Shown piece by piece: positions 52,500-64,000 of a stretch of 64,000 nucleotides of DNA; positions within the stretch are counted from its first letter, which is position 1, and every line of letters starts with the position of its first letter. The translations under genes and the position numbers were made by a program. The notes under the pieces are model-generated. The model did not search any database, had not been told where the DNA came from, and was given only the letters and a program-made list of their open reading frames with translations. The stretch spans positions 36,766,001-36,830,000 of the forward strand of contig NC_043006.1 in NCBI RefSeq assembly GCF_006345805.1, in the 5' to 3' direction. This DNA comes from Octopus sinensis (lineage: Eukaryota).

Positions 52500-53501
52500 C
52501 ATCCTCGTTGTTGTTTAACGTCCATTTTCCATGCTGGCATAAGTTGGATGGTTTGATAGAGGTCTGAAGAGCCAGTGGCTGCACCAGGCTGCAATCTGAT
52601 CTGGCAATGTTTCTACAGCTGGGTGCTCTTCCTAATGCCAACCACTCAGAGAGTGTAGTGGGTGCTTTTTATGTGTCACTGGCACAGGAGCCAGTCAGGT
52701 GGGCCTGGCACCAATCATGTTCAGATAGTGCTTTTTGTGTGCCACTGGCATGGGGACCAATCAGGGGTTACGGGCATCGGCCATGTTCGGTTGGTGCTTT
52801 TTACATGCCAGCGGCACGAGATCCAGTCGGGGTACCAGTATCGGCCTAGTTCAGATGGCACTTTTTATGTGCCACTGGCACGGGCGCCAGTCAGAGGGCA
52901 CTGGCCATAGCTATGATATTGGTTTTACATGACTCAGCAGGTCTTCTCAGGTATATCGTATTGCACAACACATGTAGGGTACACTTAACTGGGCCAGACA
53001 TACATGGCTGCGACCTTACTTTAGTTGTCGGGTCTTCTCAGTCACAGCATATCTCCAAAGGTCTCGTTCTCCTGTCATTACCTTTGTGAGGCCCAATGTT
53101 CGAAGGTCATGCTTCACCACTTCATCCCATGTCTTCCTATGTCTACCTCTTCCACAGGTTCCTTCAACGGTTAAGGAGTGGCACTTCCTCTCACAGCTGC
53201 CCTCATCCATACGCAGCACATGACCTTACCAGTACAGTCGTCTCTCTTGCACACCACATTTGATGTTTTTTATGTCAAGCTTTTCTCTTTGGGCACTTAC
53301 ACTCTGTCGTGTATGCACACTGACATTACACATCCAGCGGATGACACTAGCTTCATTTCTTTCAAGCCTATGCATGTCCTCAGCAGTCATGGCCCATGTT
53401 TCACTGCTGTGTAGCATGGTAGTTTTCACACATGCATCATACAGTCTACCTTTCATCCTGAGAGAGAGGCCCTTAGTTGCTAGGAGAGATAGGAGCTCTC
53501 T
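52500..53501 (-). mobile_element. 5'-truncated RTE-clade LINE: ORF2 C-terminus plus 3' UTR with four ~65-bp subrepeats and an RTE tail
   Basis: KGRLYDACVKTTMLHSSETWAMT...QERRLYW and EGTCGRGRHRKTWDEVVKHDL; 3' end ...gccagcatggaaaatggacgttaaac. Confidence 0.9.
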
Positions 53502-54929
53502 GATTTACGTATAGCAATAAGAATGTTTCTCAAATGTTTAACCATCATTATGCTTATGTAGATTATTGTGTCTTTGCTTAAATTCTTTCAAGCAACTATC
53601 CAATCAAAATAGCTCTTCTCAAATGCCATTTATATGTTTTAACTTTTCATAGCATGATGCCGAAGGGATTCAGTGCAGTGTGTGTGTGTGTGTGTGTGTG
53701 AGAGCGAGTGGTAGTGGAATTGATTGAAATCCTTCCGTATCTCACACTGTAATAATCAAATGCATGCCTTAAAAATTAGATTCCATAGCTGTGGTGCAAG
53801 TAGGGATGTGTGGGAAGAAGTGTGCTTCCCAACCAAATGTTTCAGGGTTCAATTCCACTGTGTGACACCTTGGGCCTCTAATATAGCCCTGGCCTGGGCT
53901 GACCAAAGACTTGCGAGTGGATTTGGTTAAGAGAAACTGTGAGAAGGCCACTGTATGTATGTATGTGTGTGTGTGTGCGTGTGTGTGTTTTGCTCTTTCA
54001 TTGCTTTGATATTGTGTAATAGTTGTAAGCAAGTGTCATCACTATGAAAGCAGTATCTTTGTTTTTCATCTTCCATGTAAAACCTGTCTAGCTGTGGGGA
54101 AATAAATTATTGTCTTAGTTGGAAACAGGTGAGGGTTGGTGACAGGATGGGCATCCAACCAAAGAAGACCCACTTCAATAAATTCTTTCCATCCCATGCA
54201 AGTATGGAAAAGTGGATATATGGTGATGATGATGATGATGATAAAAATAACAACTGCCAGAGCATATCCATGAGCAGTATTGTAAACACACCAACATTGG
54301 TTGTCAAGCGATGGTGGGGGGATAGACACAGACACACAAACATACATATATATATATATATATATATGTATGTATATGACTGGTTCTTTCAGTTTCTGTC
54401 TACTAAATCCACTCAAAAGGCTTTGGTTGGCCCGAGGCAATAGTAGAAAATACATGCCCTAGGTGCCATGCAGTGAGACTGAACCTGAAACCATGTGGTT
54501 GGTAAGCAAGCTACAACAACTTTCACTGCAGCTGTTGTTACTACTACTACTACTACTACTACTACCATCATCAGCAGCGATGGAAGGCATCTCTCCCTAA
54601 TCTTTTGAGTTATTAGAAATAATAGTCAAACCCCTCAAAAGTGGGGATATCTTAGATGATGTAGATACAGTCAAGAAAAATGGGATGGTCGTGAATGGAA
54701 TGTCTTTGATCACAAGTTTTCTTGATCAAGAATACTTGGAACTAACATTTGTACACATTTGACTTTTAGAGAACAGGTAACAGGCTTATTTTCATTAATC
54801 GTATTCTTTACCTAACTTCAGAAGTTACCTGCAGCTAATTAGCATTCTATCCCAAGATGAGTGATTTCTCTCTTCCCCTCGGTATCATGTTAATTGGATT
54901 TAAGTAGTTTCAATGGATGAATCCACTGT

Positions 54930-55700
54930 TGATCCTAAAATATCTTTCGACTAGCTTTCTCTCCCCTCTCTCTCGTTCCCTCTCACCATCGCTCATTCTA
55001 TCTTCCTCTTTAATTCCCCCTAATTCTTTCTTGTTTCCTCTCTCAAGTTATCTCTTTACTTCTCTCTTCCTCCCCTTTCTATCTCCCTCACCTCAACTGT
55101 CTCTTCTCCTTTCTCTACGTCCTCCTCCTCCTCCTTCACCCCCCTTCCTTTCTTTCCCTACATCCATCCAACATGACTAGTGTATGTATTCCTTCTAATC
55201 ATTTGAGAAGATACTTGTATTACTATTCAGCTGCCTACTTGCATGTCTTTCTGCCTGTCTACACCACATTCTCATACCCACCCCCTCTTCACACACACAC
55301 ACACGATCACATGACTAGAAACTTCTGGTATTTCTCCTCCTCTCTCTTATTTGCCATTTGTTAATACACACACACACATTCCCTCTCTCTCTCTCTCTCT
55401 GTATATCATTGACCATTCCATAGCATCCTGTTTCTGCCTCTACCTATCAAGTGACTCTCTCACACTTTCCACCTAATTCTCTCTCTCTCTCTTCCTCTCT
55501 CCCTCTATATCACTGACCATTTCATAGCATCCTGTATTTCTCTCTTTACCTCTGAGTTTCTCACTCTTTCTTCTACTTTTTTCTTTTCGTATAGTATAAA
55601 CCGTTCCTATTCTCTCTTTTTCTCTCTCTATTTCTCTTTCCCTTTCTCTCTCTCCATTTCTCTTTTCCTTTCTCTCTCTTTCTCCCCCCCCCCGCCACAC
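54930..55700. repeat. Pyrimidine-rich (CT) low-complexity tract with a ~30-bp internal direct repeat (55407 and 55511)
   Basis: Direct reading; ca.tgaccatt.catagcatcctgt occurs twice. Confidence 0.85.
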
Positions 55701-56345
55701 ACTTTAAACAGTGACCCACACTACTTAATAACACTTAATATAACTACTTGACCAATTTCTCTCAAGACTCTGTGTGTATGTGTGTATTTATGTGTGTGTG
55801 TGTGTGTCTGTTTTTGCAAGTGTGAATCTATGTGTTTGTTCATCTGTGGCCATATATTTGTGCAACTGTGTGTTCCTGTGTTCGGGCATGTATGTGTGTA
55901 TGTATACAAACATGTATGCGTGTATGTACTCAAGTGTATCTGTATAAGTACCTACTTGTTTTTATGGCTTCTCCTAAAATACTAGATAGTTATTCTGCAG
56001 GGAGAAGAAATAATGCATACATATATCTCTTCACTCTGCCTTTTAGCTAAATGAATTATATATATATATGTTCTGCATATGTTTGTGTATGTGTGGTCTA
56101 TAGTTTAATGATATATATATATATATATATATATTATGTGAAATAGAAAGATGAATAATCTTGTAGTAGATTAATCAAAAGTTTAACCGATACCTTAGTA
56201 GCAAAAATCACAGCAGTGAACAGCACGGTTGGAGGTACAACCATCTGGCGTTGCAACCGTGCGTTGGTGCGGATAATTGAAATTAAAACATTATTGGTGA
56301 ATTGAAGAAATGGAGCTGAATGCAGATTGAACAGAAATCGTTTTA

Positions 56346-56435
56346 TTTCATTCTACACGTGTTTCGAAAGGCACAAATTACCAAAATCCGATTGAATAAT
56401 GGGACCATATTGTGTCTTTCTCTTCAGGAAGAAAA
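56346..56435 (-). ncRNA. Mirror-image type I hammerhead ribozyme in the left arm of the palindrome, predicted cleavage at 56354
   Basis: Exact reverse complement of 56559-56648. Confidence 0.8.
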
Positions 56436-56558
56436 AAGGAAATCCGTTGGAAAAACAAAAACAGAAACAGAAGTTTCGCCATGGGCTCTTAGGAGCACAG
56501 TTCGATTTGTTTTTTGCTCTGCCTCTGTTCTGTTTTTGTTTTTCCAACGGATTTCCTT

Positions 56559-56648
56559 TTTTCTTCCTGAAGAGAAAGACACAATATGGTCCCATTATTC
56601 AATCGGATTTTGGTAATTTGTGCCTTTCGAAACACGTGTAGAATGAAA
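56559..56648 (+). ncRNA. Type I hammerhead ribozyme (Penelope-type, palindromic stem III), predicted cleavage after 56640
   Basis: CTGAAGA 56567-56573; stem II GAAAGACACAA/TTGTGCCTTTC (10 of 11 bp); GAAA 56629-56632; stem III ACACGTGT; GTA triplet; stem I GAAtGAAA with TTTTcTTC; AATAAA immediately downstream. Confidence 0.8.
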
Positions 56649-56701
56649 TAAAACGATTTCTGTTCAATCTGCATTCAGCTCCATTTCTTCAATTCACCAA
56701 T

Positions 56702-56738
<37 letters not shown>

Positions 56739-56741
<3 letters not shown>

Positions 56742-57559
56742 TGATCCCTTGCCATATCATGGTTCACCTATCGTGGCTCACCTATCACAGTTTATTATAT
56801 AAGCTTACGTTGATTCCTCCAAGGTGCTGCTTTTGCATTTATAATAAAATAAATATACGCAAATTATTAAAATAATAAAAAAAAGGTGGTGAGCTGGCAG
56901 AATCGTTAGCACGCCGGGCGAAATGCTGAGCGGTATTTCGTCTGCTGCTACGTTCTGAGTTCAAATTCCGCCGAGGCCGATTTTGCCTTTCATCCTTTCA
57001 GGGTCGATTAAATAAGTTCCAGTTATGCACTAGGGTCGATATAATCGACTTAATCCGTTTGTTTGTTCCCTCTGTGTTTAGCCCCTTGTGGGCAGTAAAG
57101 AAATAAATAATAAAAAAAACCAGCATTCAGAGAGCCCAAACCTCCACCAACGTCCTCTCAATGATAGGCCGGAGATGAATTTTTAAATGAGAATATCTGA
57201 AATAAACTCAACTGCTCTCACAAATGAGAATACTAAAAATGAACCCGACTCCTCTCAAAAATTAAGTAAAGACAAAAAAACAGGAAACATAATCCAGAAA
57301 CCTTGTCCAGCACTGGATTGATCTCAGTTCGTACTTGTCATGAGGCCAAACATTCCTGAAAGTTTCATCCAAATCCATCCAGTGGTTCTTGAAATAGATT
57401 TGTCCATGGACAAACAAACAAACATGACTGAAAACATATCTCTGCCTTCGCTAAGGCAAAGGTAAAAATATACAGTGCAGTACTGTTTCTACTTCGTGAA
57501 TTTTTACCTGGCGTGGGAGGTTTTGGAATGTAACATCTGCAATAGTCAAAGGATTACTG
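56739..57559. mobile_element. pogo/Tigger-like MITE carrying a nested SINE (56884-57103) and a Helentron/HINE-like element (57118-57468)
   Basis: TA-flanked TIRs cagtgatcc/ggattactg; the HINE-like part has a 5' acctccacc subterminal motif, (ACAA)n, and a 3' hairpin tctgcctt-cgct-aaggcaaa followed by an A-run. Confidence 0.6.
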
Positions 57560-59739
57560 TATAAATACATACACACACATATATTCTTTTATTTCATTCT
57601 TTTACTTGTTTCAGTCATTTTGACTGTGGCCATGCTGGAGCACCACTTTTTAGTCAAAGAAATCTACCCCTGGACTTATTCTATTGGTCTCTTTTTGCTG
57701 AACTGCTAAGTTATGGGGACGTGAACACACCAACATCAGTTATCAAGCGATGGTTGTAAGGGTAGTCAAACACAGACACAAACATATATACATATGACGA
57801 GCTTCTTTCAGTTTCTGTCTACCAGATCCATTCACAAGGCTTTGGTCGGCCCCAGGCTATAGTAGAAGACACTTGAACAAGGTGCCACACATTTGGTTAG
57901 GAAGCAAGCTTCTTACTACACAGCCACATCTGCACCTATGTTTATATTATATAACTATGTGTTTGTGTGTCTTTACTTTAATGAGCTGTATGAGTTTCCT
58001 AGCATTGTTTTTGTAGTAATAACAATTCCTTTCCTTTGCTTTCCTATATAGGCGCAAAAATTGACCTGAGATTTGTAGTGAGGAAGAAGAGGAGAAGGAA
58101 GAGCAAGACATCTGTAACTTCCATTGTTACTCTTTCCTCCTTTCTTTCTCAAGGTCAGACCTTAGCGAGTGGTGGTGGGTGGACTCTGGGTTGAGAGATA
58201 GAAAATAGAATGGTATTAGTGCAGCTGAGTGATGCTGCTTGAAACTTTGGTTCTTGGAGATAATTGAGTTCAGCCGTTGCCTGTTACATGTCCTTTTGGC
58301 CTTGTTCTTGCTTGAGTAGACCTCTGATGAAAGACAATCCAGCCTTAACTTCTTGTCTCTCTGTCTGTCTCTCCCTCTCTCTCTTTGCTAATGCTGTGTG
58401 CAGGACTACATTATCTTTTTGAAAAGCAGCATGATATGATTTGAGAGGTATTTTGCTGTTATTTATAGTGGATCTCAACCATTTTTTATGATATAATAAT
58501 GTAGTGCTCAGGTGCACTACAACTCATCAAAGGTATATATATACCGTACATAGACTTATGTACGAAAGTCAGGAAGGTGAACAGTGTATGAGTCATGATA
58601 TACATGTGTGCATGCATATGAAGTGGGATGGATATCAGGTGTAGTGTTGGCAAATTTCAGAAAGCACGGGGGTTTTAAAGGATGCAATATCTTAGCAGGT
58701 AACAACTGATGCAAGTAATTTGTTCCATGCTTCAGCAACTCTGAGCACAAAAAAAATTTTTCCGAATGTCTGTGCTATTTTTCTGACTTTGTAGGCATGC
58801 CCATGTGTATGAACTGCGTTGATTCCCATTTTACTTAGGTGGATTCTCACAGCTATTTGATGTTTAAAAAAATCCTATATTTTTCTAATCAAACGTTTTT
58901 AGGAATTATATTTAAAAATTGTGAAAATATTTTGTTTTGTAGAATTTTATACAAGTTATTGCACACAACTTTTAATAGCAAAAGCTTAATGGAACTCCAA
59001 GGGTCATGTGGACCCTTGTTGAGAACATCTGGGTTACCCCAAGAATAAGTTCCCTACTTGAAGTTGGTGATCACTGTTGTTGTTTAGTCCCAGGTAGACT
59101 AGACTTGATTGTTGGGCAGTGTCTGTGGCCCTAGGGTCCAGACTGTTCATGAGAACATGAACTGTAGTTACAATAAGCCACACAGAATAGCTCTGTTAAT
59201 TAATTATAATGTTAATTAGTTATAAATAGTGATAAAGAATTTGTATTTCAGATTAAGGAAGGTGATCAATTATAAAAACAAAAACCAAAACAACTTAGCA
59301 GTTTGGCAAAAAAGATCAATAGAACAAGTACCAGACTTATTAAGTACTGTGGTTGATTTGCTTGACTAAACCATTTAGGGCAGTGTTCCAGTATCACTGC
59401 ACTTCAATGGCTAAAAATAGCCCCAGGCCAACCAAAGCATTGTGAGTGGATTTGGTAGATAGAAGCTGAAAGAAGCCTGTTGTGCATGTATGTATGTATG
59501 TATGTATGTATGTGTGTGTGCATGCATGTATGGTAGGTCTTCTTGTTTGGACATCACATGATAAGTATGGATGAGCTTGGCCATGGGAAATATTACTTTA
59601 CCAGGAAACAGTTTAGGGTTGGTGACAGGAAGGGCATCTGGCCATAGCTCTTCCTCAAAAAATTCCATCAGACTCTGAAAAGTGGAGATTAAAACGACAA
59701 TGCCATTGATTATCTATGACTCAGTTGCATCTCTACTTT

Positions 59740-61130
59740 TATTTAGAGGCATTTGTATCACACTTGAAATTGGCTCAATTTGCCTCTTATAAAGAATATT
59801 TGTCACCAGATCTAAAATTAGCAGCTACTTATTAATGGTCATGAGACAGATTCTTAACTTGGCTTGATTAAAATAAATTACATGATTACTCCCTCGACCA
59901 CAAAAGTTGATTCATTTGCTAAAGAATTCCCTGAAGTGTTCAATGACATTGCTCAAATTATCAATCAACTTTGATGTAAAATCAGTAATAGAACCTTTGA
60001 GTTGAATGCTGTTTCATGTGAGATGAAGTAAAAGCAGAAATTGAATGCTTGATTAAAGGGACTGGTGTGGCTGTGTGGTTAAGAAGTTTGCTTTTCAACC
60101 TCATGGTTTGGGGTTCAGCCTCAATGTGTGGCACCTTTGACAAATTTCTTCTACTATAACCCCAGGTAGAGTAAAGCTTTGTGAGTAGACTTGATAAATG
60201 GAATCTGAAAGAAGCAATCATACATACATGTGTATGTGTGTTTGTGTCTCTTTGTCTTGATATCATGTAATTGTTTTAAATGAATGTCATTCATTTCCTA
60301 TATTCTGCAAAAAACATGTCTGGCCATGGGGAAATATTATCTTGCTTGAAAACAGGTGAGGATTGATGACAGGAAGGGTATCCAGCTGCAGAAGATCTGC
60401 CTCAATAAAACTATGTTGGACCTATGCAAGCATAGAAAGTAAACGTTAAAACGATGATGATAAAACTGAATGTCATTGAGAGACTGTTTCTTCTTAAAAT
60501 AGATTTTCACCATTGATTGCAGTACCAAAGAAAAACCTTGACTACATTCATTTGTGTGTGTGGGCCTATGTCAAGCAAGTGACTAGAGAAAGAAAAGAAC
60601 CTATTGTTGAGAAATTACTAGAAAAATGTGAACGCATCCTGCCTTTTTTTTTCTTTAAAGTTAGATCTCAATATGGATTTTCTCCTGGGTGGTTAGGTAC
60701 ATCACTGTGTCATGATAATATTTACTTCGTCCAGCAGATTATATTGGTTTCAAATTTTGGCACAAGGCCAGCAAGTTCAGGAAAGGAGTTACGTCAATTA
60801 CAGTGGCCCCAGTGCCCATCTGGTACTTATTTTATCAACCCTGAAAAGATGAAAGGCAAAGTTGACCTCAGCAGAATTTGAACTCAAAGACAGACAAAAT
60901 GCTGCTAAGCATTGTACCCAGCATGCTAACAATTCTGCCAGCTTGCCACTTTCTTCCAGCAGATTATATTAGTACAAGTTTTATGTTAGTGTAAGTGATT
61001 TTTGGAATCTCCCCAGCATTTGAAGAATTTCAGAGGAAATTATTTGCTGTCTTTTTAAGATCTGAACTTAATATAATCAATATTGCAAATATTATTGTAG
61101 TCTATGGCAGGTCAAAAGAAGAAAAAGAAA
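59740..61130 (+). mobile_element. Ty3/Gypsy pol relic (protease end and RT) split by SINE insertions
   Basis: LGLIKIN, EFPEVF, FHVRDEVKAEIE, SPLIAVPKK...IHLCV, KLDL, FGISPAFEEFQRK...INIANIIVVYG...EE; the catalytic DD is lost. Confidence 0.8.
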
Positions 61131-62859
61131 CAAGACTATGACATGACACTGAACCAGTGCAGGAAAATTACATTTAATTGGGTAATAATTACTTCAAGAA
61201 ATACAAGCACAACATTGATTATCTGGAATCTTTGCCAAAACCATTTTGAATTACTGCTGTTTCCGAATCAAGGGAGGTTACACGCTAAACAAATATTAAA
61301 TTTACTTAAAATAAGTGTACCTGTGCATCATCATCATCATCGTTTATTAGTATAAATCAGTAGTTCTCAACCAAGGTCCATATGATACTTGAAGGGGTCC
61401 ACATAAAATTTAGCTGTTAAAATTTATGCTCAACAAACTGATTATACTTTATACGATACACAAAATGCTTTAATTTTTTATACGTTTGTGCCCCCCCCCC
61501 CATCACTTGACAACCGATGTTGATGTGTTTACGTCCCCGTAACTTAGCGGTTTAGGAAAAGAGACCAATAGAATTAGTACCAGGCATATAAAGAATATGT
61601 CCTGGGGTCACTTTGTTCAACTCAAGGCAGTGCCCCAGCATGGCCACAATCAAATGACTGAAACAAGTAAAAGAATAAAAGAATTAAATAGCTATTGTTG
61701 TCCACCCAAGTAACATAGGTGCCAAAGGGATCCATAACCAAAAAATGATTGAGAACCACATGTATGTATAATAGAGATTATTAATGCTGTGCAAGGCGCC
61801 ACTAAACTGGTCTGGTGGCTGAGGGAATTTGACGTTCCTGCTTGTAAATTAGTGTGAATTGTAAGAGATTCCAGACCATCAGTAAGTCAGTGTTTTACCT
61901 ATATTGTATTTTTATTTTTAGTGGTTAATGCCAGTACCATCTGACTGGCATCCATGCTGGTGGCATGTAAAAAGCACTGGGCTTCATGGAGGCAGTAACA
62001 AATGACCATATACTATGCTTGTGTAGACCAATCAAGCCAAGTGAGACCATAGTTGTGGCTCATGCTGGGGTCAGGTCATTGGCACCTATGCCGGTGGCAT
62101 GTAAAAAACACGCACTATACTCTTGGAGTGGTTGGTGTTGGGAAGGGCATCCAGCCATAGAAACTTTGCCAAATCAAATTGGAACCTGGAGCAGCCCCCG
62201 CCTTACCACTTTTCAGTTAAACCATCCAATTCGTGTCAGCATGAAAAGCAGACATTAAATGATGATGATGTGAGATAGAATGTTTTGGTTTCATTCTTTC
62301 TAATCAGGAAGTTTTAAGTTCTGGAGGAAAAGACGAGAGTACTAATTCATTCTAAACATACAAAAAGGACTAAATTAAGAAATTTTTAGAATTCCTTAAT
62401 TTTCTTGATTGTTCATACTACATTTAGCTACCCATGCAGGTGCCACATAAAAATCACTAGACGCACGCTGTAAAGTGGTTGGCATTAGGAAGGGCATCCA
62501 GCCGTAGAAGCCTTGTCAAAACAGACGATTGAGCCTGGTGCAGCTCTCTGGCTTGCCAGTTCCTGTCAATCTGTCTAACCCATTCCAACATGGAAAACAG
62601 ATGTTAAATGATGATGATGATGATAACGATGATGATGATACACTTTAGAAGCTGATAAGAAGAGAGATTTCACTGAGATGGAGGGCAAGTGTCTGCTACT
62701 TTAGCCTAGGCCAGCTAAAGCCATTTTTGGGAGTGGATTTGGTACTTAGAAACTGAATGAAGCCCATCATATATATAGAGAGTGATTGAAAAGTAACTCC
62801 TTATTTTAAAATACTTGTAAATTATTTATTAATTATAATTTTTATTAAAAAAGGAATAT

Positions 62860-63310
62860 GAAAGGAAAACTTTTAGTATGAACTTTTATTTAAAATTCAA
62901 TATGGGCTCCAGATGTCACCACCAGCTTCTTGAGTCACCTAGGAATTGTGTCAACAGATTTCACTAGGATCTCATGTGGGATAGAAGACACAACTTCTTG
63001 TATTTTCCCTTCAAGTTCTTCCAAAGTCTTTGGTTTGGTACAGCAGACTTGTTCCTTTAACCAACCCCAAAGAAAGAAATTATAGGGTGTTAAGTTGAGA
63101 CTCCTGGCTGACCACACATGTGGACCACAATGACCCACCTGTTTCCTGGGGAAGTGGGCATTCAACCATTCAGGAATGACAAGAGCAATATGTGGACGGA
63201 TGCCAATTTGCATGAAAATCAAATCTTCAGTATTCTCCCAAGCGCTGATAACTGGCCAGATCTTGTCTTGCAGTCTAGTGAGATAACAAGGGAGTTACTT
63301 TTCAATTACC
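62860..63310 (-). mobile_element. Tc1/mariner transposase C-terminal relic
   Basis: WLNAHFP...WSARSLNLTPYNFFLWGWLKEQV...PKTLEELEGKI. Confidence 0.85.
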
Positions 63311-64000
63311 TTGGTGTGTGTGTGTGTGTGTATAAGTAGGGGGGACTCCGAAAGGGGTCTCAGGGAGTAGCGTCCCTGCCTTCTTGAGCTAGTTTTCCAC
63401 CACATTTCTTAAAAAATCGTGGTAGAGGCCTTGGTCTTGAGACCACTCGTGTCTAGAAGCTGTGGTTGGGGGTAAGCAAAGGCATGTTCCCTGTAGAAAA
63501 TCCAGCTCCAAAAAAAGCCTCATGATAGCAAAGGAGAATGGGCACCAGCCTGCCCAAAGGTTGGGATGGGCTGCACCTACCTACCTCTGTTGCTATGGCA
63601 TTAAGGTAGATCCAGCCACCCCCGATAACAGGGACAAAACCCAGATTTAAAACACTGGATGATGATGATGTATATATATATATATATATACACACACATA
63701 TACATACATACATACAGACATATATATATATATGTGTGTGTATAAAAAAGATAATGCAGTGTTTTGAGGGATCTATGACTGTTGTTTCCAGCAGTTTCAC
63801 TGACTATGTGTTCTAGCAGTGGTTTAAACTGCAGGATGGTGTTTGAGATGATGATGATGATGTGTTAGATGTGGGGGTGTAACAAGTTTAGTTATGGTGC
63901 AGTTGTAGTGAAAAAGAAGATTAATGAAAAAATAAAAAAATAAAAAATAAATAGAAAGAAATTTGAATAAGTATGTGGTGCCATTGCTTAGCAACAAAAG

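Larger units (their letters stand above)
56284..56710. repeat. Perfect inverted repeat, 183-bp arms (56284-56466 and 56528-56710), 61-nt spacer
   Basis: Arms read as exact reverse complements; the ORF track shows identical peptides on opposite strands. Confidence 0.97.

Noticed and set aside
56320-56674. Mirror-image ORFs on both strands
   Set aside because: A consequence of the palindrome; no evidence of coding.

Overview
AT-rich eukaryotic genomic DNA saturated with microsatellites and retroposons. The SINE families and (GAT)n-tailed RTE fragments look like those of octopus; this species assignment is inferred from pattern recognition. The one recognisable host gene is the 5' end of a C1GALT1-like (core 1 beta-1,3-galactosyltransferase) gene on the + strand: a CpG-rich promoter region at ~24.5-27.2 kb and a first coding exon at 26165-26429. 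No catalytic-domain exon was found downstream, so the rest of the window is probably one >37 kb intron. Two small, weakly supported exons of an unidentified + strand gene lie at 9.8-10.9 kb, and one of them is tandemly duplicated by SINE-SINE recombination. The remainder is decayed mobile DNA: two Penelope-like elements, RTE, R4/Dong-like, CR1/L2-like and L1/Tx1-like LINE relics, a Ty3/Gypsy pol relic, Tc1/mariner fragments, Helitron/Helentron-like and MITE elements, and three tRNA-derived SINE families. The most striking structure is a 427-bp palindrome (56284-56710) whose arms each carry a canonical type I hammerhead ribozyme core. Several other long hairpins and degenerate hammerhead-like motifs also occur. 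Almost all ORFs in the supplied track are microsatellite or SINE artefacts. All alignments were done by eye, and repeat boundaries are approximate unless a TSD is quoted.
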